This document shows positions 47,564 through 57,277 of a stretch of DNA of 64,000 bases, in pieces. The notes below the pieces were generated by a model. The model had not been told where the DNA came from and did not search any database. It saw nothing but the letters and a program-made list of their open reading frames with translations. The stretch lies in assembly GCA_964460955.1 (NCBI GenBank), contig CAYWRP010000002.1, positions 12,654 to 76,653 of the forward strand. Reading direction: 5' to 3'. The position numbers were made by a program, and so were the translations under genes. Source of the stretch: an uncultured Rhodospirillaceae bacterium. Lineage in GTDB: Bacteria; Pseudomonadota; Alphaproteobacteria; Rhodospirillales; Defluviicoccaceae. Every line of letters begins with the position of its first letter. The stretch's first letter is position 1.

Positions 47564-48958
47564 ATGCCAATGCCCTTCGATCTGCGACACCTGATTGACG
47601 CCCGCCACGCGGAGAAGGTTCCGCTGTTCGACCGCCACCTCAACGGCCAGTTGGTCCGTGTGCTCCGCACCCTTGGCTTCGATGCGGATTATGTGCGCGG
47701 CGAGGGGCCCTACCTTTTCGACCGCGAGGGGCGCAAATACCTCGATCTTTTGAGCGGGTTCGGCGTGTTCGCCATGGGCCGCAACCATCCGACCATCCGC
47801 CAGGCACTGCATCAGGTGCTCGACGCCGAGCTGGCCGGCATGGTGCAGCTCGACGTATCGCTGCTCGCCGGGCTGCTGGCGGAGGCGCTTGTCCAACAGA
47901 TGCCTTGGCTCGACAAGGCCTTCTTCTGCAACTCCGGCGCCGAGGCAGTGGAGGCGGCCATCAAGTTCGCCCGAATGGCGACAAGGCGGTCGAAGATCGT
48001 CTATTGCGATCATGGCTACCATGGCCTGACCTATGGCGCGTTGTCGGTGACGGGCGACGAAAGCGTCCGTGCCGGTTTCGAGCCGCTGGTCGGCGACTGC
48101 GTTCGCGTCTCCTTCTCGGATACGGTGGCGCTGGAGCGGGCCCTTGCCGGTGGCGACGTGGCGGCGTTCATCGTCGAGCCGATCCAGGGCAAGGGAGTCA
48201 ATCTGCCGGCCGACAGCTATCTGCGGGATGCGCAAGCCCTATGCCGCAAGCATGGCGCGTTGTTTGTCTGCGACGAGATCCAGACCGGGATGGGCCGCAC
48301 CGGGCGCTTCCTCACCGGCGAGCACTGGGGCCTGGAGCCGGACATGGTGCTGCTCGCCAAGGCGCTGTCTGGCGGTTTTGTCGCCGTCGGAGCGGTGATC
48401 ATGCGGCGGGCCATTTTCGACAAGGTCTTCGACCGCATGGACAAGGCCGTCGTCCATGGCTCTACGTTTTCGAAGAACGACATGGCGATGGCGGCCGGGC
48501 TCGCCACTCTGCACGTCTTCGAGGAGGAAAACCTGGTGGCGCGGGCGGCCGAGCAGGGCGAGAAGCTGCAAGGCGCCTTGCGCGAGCGGCTGGCCGGCCT
48601 CGAGTATGTCGCCGACATCCGCGGCAAGGGGCTGATGATCGGCATCGAGTTCGGTGCGCCAAGGAGCATCAAGCTGCGCGCCGCCTTCGGCTTCATCGAG
48701 AAGGCCAATGCCGGGTTGTTCTGCCAGTTGATCCTCATCCCACTGTTCAAAGAGCACCACATCCTGGCACAGGTCGCCGGGGCGAAGATGCCGGTGATCA
48801 AGATCCTGCCGCCCTACGTGATCGACGATGCGGATGTCGACTGGATCGCCTCGGGCTTCGCGCAGACCATCCGCGACTGCCAGCGGCTGGACACCATCTG
48901 GGACCTCGGGCGCACGCTGGCCGGCCATGCGCTGAGCGCGAAGACCGCGAGCCGCTGA
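47564..48958 (+). CDS. hpnO: Class III PLP aminotransferase, HpnO-like (aminohopanoid synthesis)
   Basis: YLDLLSGFGVFAMGRNHP, CNSGAEAVE, DEIQTGMGRTG, LAKALSGG, VHGSTF, KILPP; the N- and C-terminal extensions resemble HpnO as I recall it. Confidence 0.72.
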   Translation: MPMPFDLRHLIDARHAEKVPLFDRHLNGQLVRVLRTLGFDADYVRGEGPYLFDREGRKYLDLLSGFGVFAMGRNHPTIRQALHQVLDAELAGMVQLDVSLLAGLLAEALVQQMPWLDKAFFCNSGAEAVEAAIKFARMATRRSKIVYCDHGYHGLTYGALSVTGDESVRAGFEPLVGDCVRVSFSDTVALERALAGGDVAAFIVEPIQGKGVNLPADSYLRDAQALCRKHGALFVCDEIQTGMGRTGRFLTGEHWGLEPDMVLLAKALSGGFVAVGAVIMRRAIFDKVFDRMDKAVVHGSTFSKNDMAMAAGLATLHVFEEENLVARAAEQGEKLQGALRERLAGLEYVADIRGKGLMIGIEFGAPRSIKLRAAFGFIEKANAGLFCQLILIPLFKEHHILAQVAGAKMPVIKILPPYVIDDADVDWIASGFAQTIRDCQRLDTIWDLGRTLAGHALSAKTASR

Positions 48959-49374
48959 GCCTCGCGCCGGACGTACTCCTCGCGCGCGGTGGCTGGCCGG
49001 GACATTCCTGGTCACTCGCCGGCCTCCACCGCCGCCGGCTCATCGATCGTTTCGGCCATCGTCGCCGCGATGCGGTATCGAAGCGCCAGGGCTTGAGGGA
49101 TTGATTCGAACAGGTTGTCATTGGTGACGAACAGACCGGCGATGCCATGGTGTCAGCCCGGAGTGTGTCTTGACCGGACCGCGAGGAGAAAGAGATCGAG
49201 GGACCGCTTTCGAAGGATGACGAAGATTCGGTTTCCTCGCCTGTCGCGTTAATGTCGCCACCACGGACGAGGAACCGTAAGGGGCGGCGGATTTTGTGCG
49301 TTTGCCAGCCGCATTGACAGCGCGGCATGGCTTGACGGAAAAGAGCCAACGCCAACGGCACGCAAAAAGGTCGC

Positions 49375-51435
49375 ATGAAACGAACCAACCGCTCGACGCG
49401 CACGCCGGACACGACGGTCCGGCGGCCAAAGCGCCGGTCGAACAACGATCCCACGCCGCGCGGCTCGACGACCAAGCCGGCGCGCCGGCGCCGCGTGCCG
49501 GTGACGCCGCCGCGCAAGCCTTTATGGCGCCGGTGGTTGTGGCCGTTGACCAAGTGGAGCCTGGTCGCGGCGATCTGGGTGGTGATCGCCGTCGGCGGCC
49601 TCATTGCCTGGTATGCGCGAGACCTGCCCAGCGTGGAAACGGCGCTGGAACCGTCGCGCCGGCCATCGGTCTCCGTGCTCGCCGCCGACGGTAGCCTGAT
49701 CGGCACGGTCGGCGATTATTTCGGTCGCGCGGTGCGGGTCGACGAGTTGCCGCCGGCCTTGCCGCAGGCCGTGATGGCGGTGGAGGATCGTCGCTTCTAC
49801 GACCACTTCGGGGTCGATCCGATCGGCATCCTGCGCGCCGCCGTGGCCAACGTGCAGGCGGGGGCGGTGATCCAGGGCGGCAGCACCATTACCCAGCAGG
49901 CGGCGAAGAACCTGTTTCTGTCGCCCGAACGCACCTTCAAGCGCAAGGCGCAGGAATTGCTGCTGGCGCTGTGGCTCGAGCACAAGTTCACCAAGGATCA
50001 GATCCTGTCGGTCTATCTTAACAGAGCCTACTTCGGCGCTGGCGCCTACGGAGTTGACGCGGCGTCGCAGAAGTTTTTCGACCGCCCGGTGACGCGCATC
50101 ACCACCTACCAGGCGGCGATGCTGGCCGGTCTTCTGAAGGCGCCGTCGCGCTACAATCCGCTCTCGAGTCCGGTGCTCGCCGATCAGCGGGCTCGCTTTG
50201 CGTTGGCGCGCATGGTTGATGCCGGCTTCTTGACCGAGGAGGAGGCGGATGCGGCGGTTAGGCTCGGCCGCACGGCCGGCCAGGCGCGCCAGCGGATCGT
50301 CGTCGGCCGCTATTTCATCGACTGGATCTCTTCCCGGCTCGCCGACATCCGATCGGCGGCGGATCGGAACCGCGACCTGACCATCCGAACCACCCTTGAC
50401 CGGCGGCTGCAGCGGATCGCCGAATCGCACGTCTCGCGCTTCCTGAACGAACGCGGCTCGACGCTGCGGGTCGAACAGGGTGCGTTGGTGGCGACCGATC
50501 TCAACGGCGCGGTGCGGGCCATGGTCGGCGGTCGCGATTACCGGAAAAGCGCCTTCAATCGCGTCACCCAGGCCGTTCGCCAGCCGGGATCGGCGTTCAA
50601 GCCCATCGTCTATGCCGCCGGGCTCGAATCCGGGCTCACGCCGGACTCACGGATGGTGGATGCACCATTGCAACTCGCAAACTGGAGCCCCGGCAACTTT
50701 TCCGGCCAATACCAGGGGGAGATGTCGCTGCGCGATGCCTTCGCCGGGTCGGTGAATACGATCGCCGTCCGGGTCGGTCAGCACGCGGAGATCAGCCGCG
50801 TCATCGATGTTGCCCGGCGCCTCGGCATCTCCGCCGATCTGACGCCGACACCCAGCCTGGCGCTCGGCTCCAGTGGCGTTACGCTGCTGGAGTTGACAGG
50901 CGCCTATACCGCCTTTGCCAATGGCGGCATCGGCGTCTGGGCCTACGGGATCGAGAGTATCTACGACAGCGATGGGGTGGTTCTGTTCACGCGCAGCGGT
51001 TCCGGCGCGGGGCGCGTTCTGTCGCCGCGACATGCGGCGGAAATTTCGGGCATGCTGGCATACGCCGTGCGGTCCGGGACCGGCCGAGCGGCGCGCCTCG
51101 AACGCCCCGTCGCCGGCAAGACGGGGACCAGCCAGAATTTCCGCGACGCCTGGTTCGTTGGTTTCACGGCCGACCTCGTGGCCGGTGTGTGGGTCGGCAA
51201 CGACGATGACCAACCGATGAAACAGGTGACCGGCAGTGGCCTGCCGGCGCGGATCTGGCAAGCCTTCATGACGGATGCGGAAGCCGGGGGGCCATCGCGG
51301 CAGTTGGTCGCCCTGACCAATTACACACCGCAACCGCCCGCGCAATCGCAAGCACAGCGTCCGGTGACGTCACCGCAAAAGCAGCCCGCGGACCCCGACC
51401 TCTGGGACCGCATCCGCAGCTTCTTTGGCAACTAA
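49375..51435 (+). CDS. Class A penicillin-binding protein (PBP1A family)
   Basis: Basic N-tail plus TM; TGase EDRRFYDH, QGGSTITQQ, RKAQE; TPase PGSAFK, SVN, KTG. Confidence 0.95.
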   Translation: MKRTNRSTRTPDTTVRRPKRRSNNDPTPRGSTTKPARRRRVPVTPPRKPLWRRWLWPLTKWSLVAAIWVVIAVGGLIAWYARDLPSVETALEPSRRPSVSVLAADGSLIGTVGDYFGRAVRVDELPPALPQAVMAVEDRRFYDHFGVDPIGILRAAVANVQAGAVIQGGSTITQQAAKNLFLSPERTFKRKAQELLLALWLEHKFTKDQILSVYLNRAYFGAGAYGVDAASQKFFDRPVTRITTYQAAMLAGLLKAPSRYNPLSSPVLADQRARFALARMVDAGFLTEEEADAAVRLGRTAGQARQRIVVGRYFIDWISSRLADIRSAADRNRDLTIRTTLDRRLQRIAESHVSRFLNERGSTLRVEQGALVATDLNGAVRAMVGGRDYRKSAFNRVTQAVRQPGSAFKPIVYAAGLESGLTPDSRMVDAPLQLANWSPGNFSGQYQGEMSLRDAFAGSVNTIAVRVGQHAEISRVIDVARRLGISADLTPTPSLALGSSGVTLLELTGAYTAFANGGIGVWAYGIESIYDSDGVVLFTRSGSGAGRVLSPRHAAEISGMLAYAVRSGTGRAARLERPVAGKTGTSQNFRDAWFVGFTADLVAGVWVGNDDDQPMKQVTGSGLPARIWQAFMTDAEAGGPSRQLVALTNYTPQPPAQSQAQRPVTSPQKQPADPDLWDRIRSFFGN

Positions 51436-51471
51436 CTCCCCAAAGGGGGCGCGCCCGGACCGGTCGAACGT

Positions 51472-51708
51472 TTAGGCGCGCCAGAAGGGTTTCTGTGCTT
51501 CCGCGATGGCGGTAGCGCGGTCGATTCCAATGTCGACAAGGATCCGATCGTCGAGGGCGAGCAGCCGCCGACGCTCGGCGGCGCGGTCCTGCCATGCGCC
51601 GATCCAGTCGACAAGGCGAATGAGAAAATCTTTTGTTAGAAAACGTGGCGGCGCCGTCTCGGCGGCGGCGATTTGGGCGCCCATCAAAGGGGCTCGAAGG
51701 GTCGACAT
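51472..51708 (-). CDS. DUF1127 (YjiS-like) small protein
   Basis: ERRRLLALDDRILVDIGIDR...EAQKPFWR; RBS GGAG before ATG 51708; divergent from a LysR gene. Confidence 0.88.
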   Translation of the reverse strand: MSTLRAPLMGAQIAAAETAPPRFLTKDFLIRLVDWIGAWQDRAAERRRLLALDDRILVDIGIDRATAIAEAQKPFWRA

Positions 51709-51864
51709 GCTCCACTCCAAAGACAAAACCGGTTCAATTTCCGTTATAATTGCCAAAGATGTTTCCATCTTTACACTGATTGAGGCTAAAGATACGGTCC
51801 TTGACGCGGGCTGACAAACGATGTTTTGTTCGCTTCGAATTAGGAAAATTCATGTGAGGCTCTG

Positions 51865-52827
51865 GTGTCCCGCCCCCTGCCGCCGTTGAACGCGGTGCGC
51901 GCCTTCGAAGCCGCGGCGCGTCATCTCAGCTTCACCCGCGCCGCCGAAGAATTGCACGTCACCCAGGCGGCGATCAGCCATCAGGTGAAGGGCTTGGAAA
52001 GTCATCTCGGCGTGCGGCTGTTTCGCCGGTTGAACAAGGCGCTCATGCTCACCGACGCGGCGCAGACCTTCTATCCCATTGCCCGCGACGCGCTCGACGC
52101 GCTCGCCGAGGGGGCGGCGCGGATCCGCGCCGAGGAAGCGGGCGCGCCGTTGACGGTCAGCACGCTGCCCTCTTTCGCCGCCAAGTGGCTGATGCCGCGG
52201 CTCGGCCATTTCCAGGAACAGCACCCGGAAATCGATCTGCGGATCTCGGCGATGGAGCGCGCCGTCGATTTCAGCCGGGAGTCGGTTGACGTCGGAGTGC
52301 GATTCGGCAGTGGCCGCTGGCCGGGCCTGTACACGGAGAAGGTCTCCGACGAGGCGGTGATTCCCGTCTGCAGTCCCGCTCTCGCCGGCCGCCTGAAACA
52401 ACCGGGCGACCTGGCGCGGGTCATGCTGCTGCACGACGAGATGCTGATGCCGGATGGTCTGCATGCCCTTGAAGGATTTCCGACGTGGCCCTCCTGGCTT
52501 GCCGCCTTCGGGGTCCACGGCGTCGATCCGCATCGCGGGCAGCGCTACAGCCATACTCATCTGCTGTTGCAGGCGGCCATCGACGGGCGCGGTGTCGCGC
52601 TCGGCTGCGCGGTCCTCGTCGCCGACGATGTCGCCGCCGGCCGCCTGGCGGTTCCGTTTCCGCTCCCGCTGCCCACCGACTGTGTCTACACGCTGGTCTG
52701 CCTGCCGAGCGCGGCGGAACAGCCGCGGGTAAAGGCATTCTGGCAATGGCTCAAGGCGGAAATGGAAGCGATGCCGCGCCTCGCCGAGGGTGTCGCCCCG
52801 GTCGGCCGGCGAACGGCTGCTCCGTGA
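51865..52827 (+). CDS. GcvA-like LysR transcriptional regulator
   Basis: LPPLNAVRAFEAAARHLSFTRAAEELHVTQAAISHQVK, WLMPRL, QAAIDGRGVAL. Confidence 0.93.
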   Translation: MSRPLPPLNAVRAFEAAARHLSFTRAAEELHVTQAAISHQVKGLESHLGVRLFRRLNKALMLTDAAQTFYPIARDALDALAEGAARIRAEEAGAPLTVSTLPSFAAKWLMPRLGHFQEQHPEIDLRISAMERAVDFSRESVDVGVRFGSGRWPGLYTEKVSDEAVIPVCSPALAGRLKQPGDLARVMLLHDEMLMPDGLHALEGFPTWPSWLAAFGVHGVDPHRGQRYSHTHLLLQAAIDGRGVALGCAVLVADDVAAGRLAVPFPLPLPTDCVYTLVCLPSAAEQPRVKAFWQWLKAEMEAMPRLAEGVAPVGRRTAAP

Positions 52828-52909
52828 GCCGGAGCCGCACGCCTCGACGGGCGGTGTCGGGTCTGCCACCTGTGCACAAGCTTCGATCCGCTGCCTGGAG
52901 CAAAGGGCG

Positions 52910-53815
52910 TTGATCGGCGCCATCTCCCGACTGCCGAAACCGGTCGCGGCGGCGCTTGCCATGATCGGCGCCTGCGCGGCGTTCGCCGTCATGATGGTGC
53001 TGGTCCGCTTCAGCACCGAAACGTTGCATCCCCTGCAGACGGTCTTCTTCCGCAACCTGTTCGGCCTCGCCTTCATGCTGCCGTGGCTGGTCCGGGTCGG
53101 CCCCGCGGCGCTGCGAACCAAACGCCCGTGGGCCCATCTGGCGCGGGCGACGTGCGGCCTGGTGGCGATGATGTGCCTGTTCACGGCCGTCGGTGGCCTG
53201 CCGCTGGCGGAGGTCACCGCGATCACGTTCGCCGCCCCCCTGTTCGCCACCGTCGGCGCCGCGCTGATCCTTCGCGAGACGGTGCGGTTGCGGCGGTGGA
53301 CAGCGACGGTGATCGGTTTCGCCGGAGTCCTCATCATCCTGAGACCCGGCGCCGAAGCTTTGCATCCGCTCGCCCTCGTCGCGCTCGGCGCGGCGGCGTT
53401 CATGGCGGTGGCGATGCTTTTCATCAAGTCGTTGTCGCGGACCGAGCACCCCAATGCGATCGTCGTCACCTTTGGCCTGCTGATGACGCCCTTGTCGCTG
53501 ATCCCGGCTTTGTTCGTGTGGCAGACTCCGACGGCGTCGGAGTGGGCCATCCTGGTCTGCATCGGCGCGGCGGCGACCGTCGGGCAGGTGCTGCTGACGC
53601 GCGCTTTCAGAAGCGCCGACGCCTCGGCGGTGGCGCCGTTCGATTTTTCGCGTCTCGTCTTCGTGTCGATCCTGGCATCAGTATTTTTTGGCGAAACCTC
53701 GGATCTCTGGACCTGGGTCGGCGCGGCGGTCATCGTCTCGGCGACCGTCTATATCGCCCACCGAGAAGCGGTCGCGGGCCGGCGCAAACGGGCGGCGGTG
53801 GCGGACTATTCCTGA
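52910..53815 (+). CDS. EamA/DMT-family transporter
   Basis: About 10 TMs; QTVFFRNLFG, LPLAEVTAITFAAPLF, IILRPG, ASAVAPFDF; start estimated at TTG 52910. Confidence 0.88.
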   Translation: MIGAISRLPKPVAAALAMIGACAAFAVMMVLVRFSTETLHPLQTVFFRNLFGLAFMLPWLVRVGPAALRTKRPWAHLARATCGLVAMMCLFTAVGGLPLAEVTAITFAAPLFATVGAALILRETVRLRRWTATVIGFAGVLIILRPGAEALHPLALVALGAAAFMAVAMLFIKSLSRTEHPNAIVVTFGLLMTPLSLIPALFVWQTPTASEWAILVCIGAAATVGQVLLTRAFRSADASAVAPFDFSRLVFVSILASVFFGETSDLWTWVGAAVIVSATVYIAHREAVAGRRKRAAVADYS

Positions 53816-54195
53816 TGGCGTGCGTCGTAAGCCGGGGTAGCGCCCGCCAATACGCCTCGCGCGCGTTCGAGATGCGCGTCGGTGATGTGGGGCGCCACCG
53901 CCTGGATGGCCAGGGTGAGAACCGCCAGATCATCGGTGTAGCCGAAGCCGGCGATAAGGTCCGGAATCATGTCGGCGGGAACGACGAAATAGGCCAGCGC
54001 GGCGAACAGCGTCGCTTTCACGCCCAGCGGCGTATCCGGGTCGATGGCGGAGAAATAGCAGGCGACGAGGCGGTCGAGAAAAGGCACCTTGCCGGCGACG
54101 CGGCGGGCCTTGGCCCAAAATCCGCGTTTGACGTACGCTTCCTGCCCGGGCACGGGAATGAGGGCGCGGGAAACGGCGTAGGGATCGATGCGCAT
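53806..54195 (-). CDS. YkvA/DUF1232 family protein
   Basis: FWAKARRVAGKVPF...ALAYFVVPADMIPDLIAGFGYTDD; RBS GGAGG before ATG 54195. Confidence 0.88.
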   Translation of the reverse strand: MRIDPYAVSRALIPVPGQEAYVKRGFWAKARRVAGKVPFLDRLVACYFSAIDPDTPLGVKATLFAALAYFVVPADMIPDLIAGFGYTDDLAVLTLAIQAVAPHITDAHLERARGVLAGATPAYDARHQE

Positions 54196-54418
54196 GGCGG
54201 TGTCCTCCATACGCCAAGACATGGAACCTATTCCGGTCGACTGCAACGCTTGGCATCCCGGCTCCCGGGCCACCGGCGGGCTCGGCGGAGGGTGGCTCCC
54301 CACGCGGGGTGCAACCGTAGGGCAAGAGGCTTGAAAAAGCCCTGAAGAGGGTTCAGGACAATGGGATCCCTCTCGACCTGGTCGGAAAAACGGTGACGCT
54401 GGCAAGGATGGTGAGACG

Positions 54419-56212
54419 ATGACGACCTACGTGGCCCCCATCCGCGACATGCGGTTCGTACTCGAAGACCTGTGCGGGATCGACCGGATCGCCCAATTGC
54501 CGGGGCTCGAGGACACGTCGCCGGATGTCGTTTGGGCGGTCCTCGAGGAAGCGGCACGGATGTCGGAAGAGGTTCTGGCGCCGATCAATCAACAAGGCGA
54601 CCGGGAGGGTTCGATACTCGTTGACGGCGCGGTGCGGACCCCGTCGGCGTGGAAGAAGGCGTATCGAATCTTCATCGATGGCGGTTGGAACGGGGCGGCG
54701 TTCGATCCCGAATACGGCGGCATGGGACTGCCTTGGACCGTCAATTCGGCGGCCCAGGAAATGTTTCACGCCGCCAACATGTCTTTCTCCGTATGCGCGC
54801 TGCTGAACCAAGGGGCCATCGAGGCGATCAGCCTGAATGGATCGAATGAATTGAAGACGCGGTTTCTGCCGAAGATGGTTTCGGGGGAATGGACCGGCAC
54901 GATGAACCTTACCGAGCCGCAGGCGGGATCCGACCTCGGCGCCGTGCGGACCCGCGCCGAGAAGCGGGGCGATCATTACGTCATCACCGGCCAGAAAATG
55001 TACATCACCTACGGTGACCACGATCTGACCGAGAATATCATCCATCTGCTGCTGGCCCGTACAGCGGACGCGCCGCCCGGCGTCAAGGGCATTTCCATGT
55101 TCGTGGTACCGAAAGTTCTCGTTGGCGATGACGGATCGCTGCTTGAGCGCAATGACATCCAATGCGTCTCCCTGGAGCACAAGCTCGGCCTTCACGCCAG
55201 TCCGACGGCGCTGTTGGCCTATGGTGAGAACGGCGGCGCCGTCGGCTACCTGGTCGGCGAGGAGAACCGGGGCCTCGCCTATATGTTCGTGATGATGAAC
55301 ATGGCGCGCCTCGCCGTCGGCATTCAGGGGTTGGCGATCGCCGAGCGCGCCTACCAGCAAGCCCGCGCCTATGCCCTTGAGCGCATCCAGGGGCACCCCC
55401 CCGGCTTCGAAGACGAGGCACGGGTGCCGATCATCGAACATCCGGATGTGCGGCGGATGCTGATGACGATGAAGGCGAGCATCGAGGCGATGCGGGCCGT
55501 GGCCTACGACACGGCGCGCTCGGTTGATTTTTCGCATAGCCACGGCGAGCCGGCGGTGCGCGATCATCACCAAAGACGCGTCGAGTTCCTGACCCCGATC
55601 GTCAAGGGGTGGTTGACCGAGCTTTCCGTCGAGCTCACCTCGCTCGGCCTGCAGGTGCACGGTGGCATGGGGTATATCGAGGATACCGGCGCCAGTCAGC
55701 ATTACCGCGACGCCCGCGTCACGACGATCTACGAGGGCACCACCGCCATTCAGGCGAACGATCTCGTCGGGCGAAAGATCGTTCGCGACGGCGGTGCTGT
55801 CCTGCGGGGCATCATCGCCGATATCCGCGCCCTCGAAGCTGAACTCGCCGCCACCGCCGACCCCACCGACGCCGCCCTGGGGGGCGCGTTGACCGCCGGT
55901 GGCGATGCACTCGCGGAGGTCGGCGAGTGGATCCTTGAGGTCTCGAAAACGGACCCCAGGCAGCCGGCGGCGGTTGCCGTGCCGACCCTGCGGTTGGTGG
56001 GAACCGTGGTCGGCGGCTATCAGATGGCGCACGCCGCGATCGCCGCGCGGACGAAATTGGCGACCCATCCAAGCGATGCCGATTTTCTGGAAGCGAAAAT
56101 CGCCACCGCCCGCTTCTACGCCGAGCAGATCATGCCGCAGGTGAACACGCTGGTGCCGATCATCGTTCACGGCTCGCAATCCGTCCTATCGCTCCGCCGC
56201 GAACAGTTCTGA
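54419..56212 (+). CDS. Acyl-CoA dehydrogenase (about 600-aa type with C-terminal extension)
   Basis: YVAPIRDMRFVL, GTMNLTEPQAGSDL, KMYITYG, EHKLGLHASPT, QVHGGMGY, IYEGTTAIQANDL. Confidence 0.94.
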   Translation: MTTYVAPIRDMRFVLEDLCGIDRIAQLPGLEDTSPDVVWAVLEEAARMSEEVLAPINQQGDREGSILVDGAVRTPSAWKKAYRIFIDGGWNGAAFDPEYGGMGLPWTVNSAAQEMFHAANMSFSVCALLNQGAIEAISLNGSNELKTRFLPKMVSGEWTGTMNLTEPQAGSDLGAVRTRAEKRGDHYVITGQKMYITYGDHDLTENIIHLLLARTADAPPGVKGISMFVVPKVLVGDDGSLLERNDIQCVSLEHKLGLHASPTALLAYGENGGAVGYLVGEENRGLAYMFVMMNMARLAVGIQGLAIAERAYQQARAYALERIQGHPPGFEDEARVPIIEHPDVRRMLMTMKASIEAMRAVAYDTARSVDFSHSHGEPAVRDHHQRRVEFLTPIVKGWLTELSVELTSLGLQVHGGMGYIEDTGASQHYRDARVTTIYEGTTAIQANDLVGRKIVRDGGAVLRGIIADIRALEAELAATADPTDAALGGALTAGGDALAEVGEWILEVSKTDPRQPAAVAVPTLRLVGTVVGGYQMAHAAIAARTKLATHPSDADFLEAKIATARFYAEQIMPQVNTLVPIIVHGSQSVLSLRREQF

Positions 56213-56237
56213 TCGGACGGCGGCCGTCGGCCTGATA

Positions 56238-57206
56238 TCAGAAACGGGTCTTGGTTTCCTCGGTCGCCTCGATCAGGGCGGCCTGAAGACCGGGATCGTT
56301 GGCCGAATGGCCGGCATCGGGAATGACCTCGAGCCTGGCCGCCGGCCACCGTTCGGCCAGCGTGTAGACGTTCTTCAGCGGACAGACGACGTCGTAGCGG
56401 CCTTGCACGATGATGCCCTTGATGTGCTTGTACTGCCCGTAATTCTCGAGGATCTCGTTATCGGCGAGGAAGGCGTTGTTGATGAAGTAGTGCGCCTCGA
56501 TGCGTGCCAGGGCCAGCGAATGATGCCGGTTTTCGGCATACGCGGCGCCGCTCGTCCCGACGCGCGGGATCAAGCTGGAACACGACGCCTCGTAACGCGT
56601 CCACATCGAGGCGGCGGTGTTGTGGACCAGGGGATCCGGATCCATCAGCCGTTTGTAATAGGAGTGCAGCAGGTTTGCCCGTTCCTCCGGCGGCACCAGC
56701 CCCGCGAACTCCTTCCAGTTTTCGGGAAAGAAGTTGCGCATCCCATGAAAGAACCAGTCGATTTCGCGCGCCGTTCCGAGAAAGACGCCCCGCAGAATCA
56801 GACTGATGCAACGTTCCGGGTGGTGGATCGCGTAGACCAGGGCCAGCGTGGCGCCCCAGGAACCGCCGAAAAGCACCCAGCGGTCGACGTCGAGATGACG
56901 ACGCAAGCGCTCAAGATCCGAGACCAGGTGGGCGGTGGTGTTGTTGATGGTTTCGGCGATCGGCGACGAGCGGCCGCAACCGCGTTGATCGAGAATAATA
57001 ATGCGGAAATATCGCGGGTCGAAAAAGCGCCGGTGCATGGCCGAGGCGCCGGCGCCCGGGCCGCCATGCAGGAAGACGATGGGAATCCCGTTCGGATTGC
57101 CGCTTTCTTCCCAATACATGACATGGCGGTCGTCGAGCGTTAAATAACCCGAGCGGTTCGGACGAATATCGGGAAAAAGCGTCGCCCGCGACGGTCTGTC
57201 GATCAT
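56238..57206 (-). CDS. pip: Proline iminopeptidase
   Basis: LHGGPG, DQRGCGRS, nucleophile GGSWG, QGRYD, AGHS. Confidence 0.94.
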   Translation of the reverse strand: MIDRPSRATLFPDIRPNRSGYLTLDDRHVMYWEESGNPNGIPIVFLHGGPGAGASAMHRRFFDPRYFRIIILDQRGCGRSSPIAETINNTTAHLVSDLERLRRHLDVDRWVLFGGSWGATLALVYAIHHPERCISLILRGVFLGTAREIDWFFHGMRNFFPENWKEFAGLVPPEERANLLHSYYKRLMDPDPLVHNTAASMWTRYEASCSSLIPRVGTSGAAYAENRHHSLALARIEAHYFINNAFLADNEILENYGQYKHIKGIIVQGRYDVVCPLKNVYTLAERWPAARLEVIPDAGHSANDPGLQAALIEATEETKTRF

Positions 57207-57277
57207 TCCGTGCGCGTCCCGGCCGGATCAGGTGTTGCAGTCGCGCAAACAACTCGGCAGCGGTTCGAGGTCGCCAT

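Noticed and set aside
51436-51471. Cuckoo/CcsR-type sRNA array downstream of DUF1127
   Set aside because: Only 36 bp before the convergent PBP1A stop, and no CCTCCTCCC motif on the minus strand.
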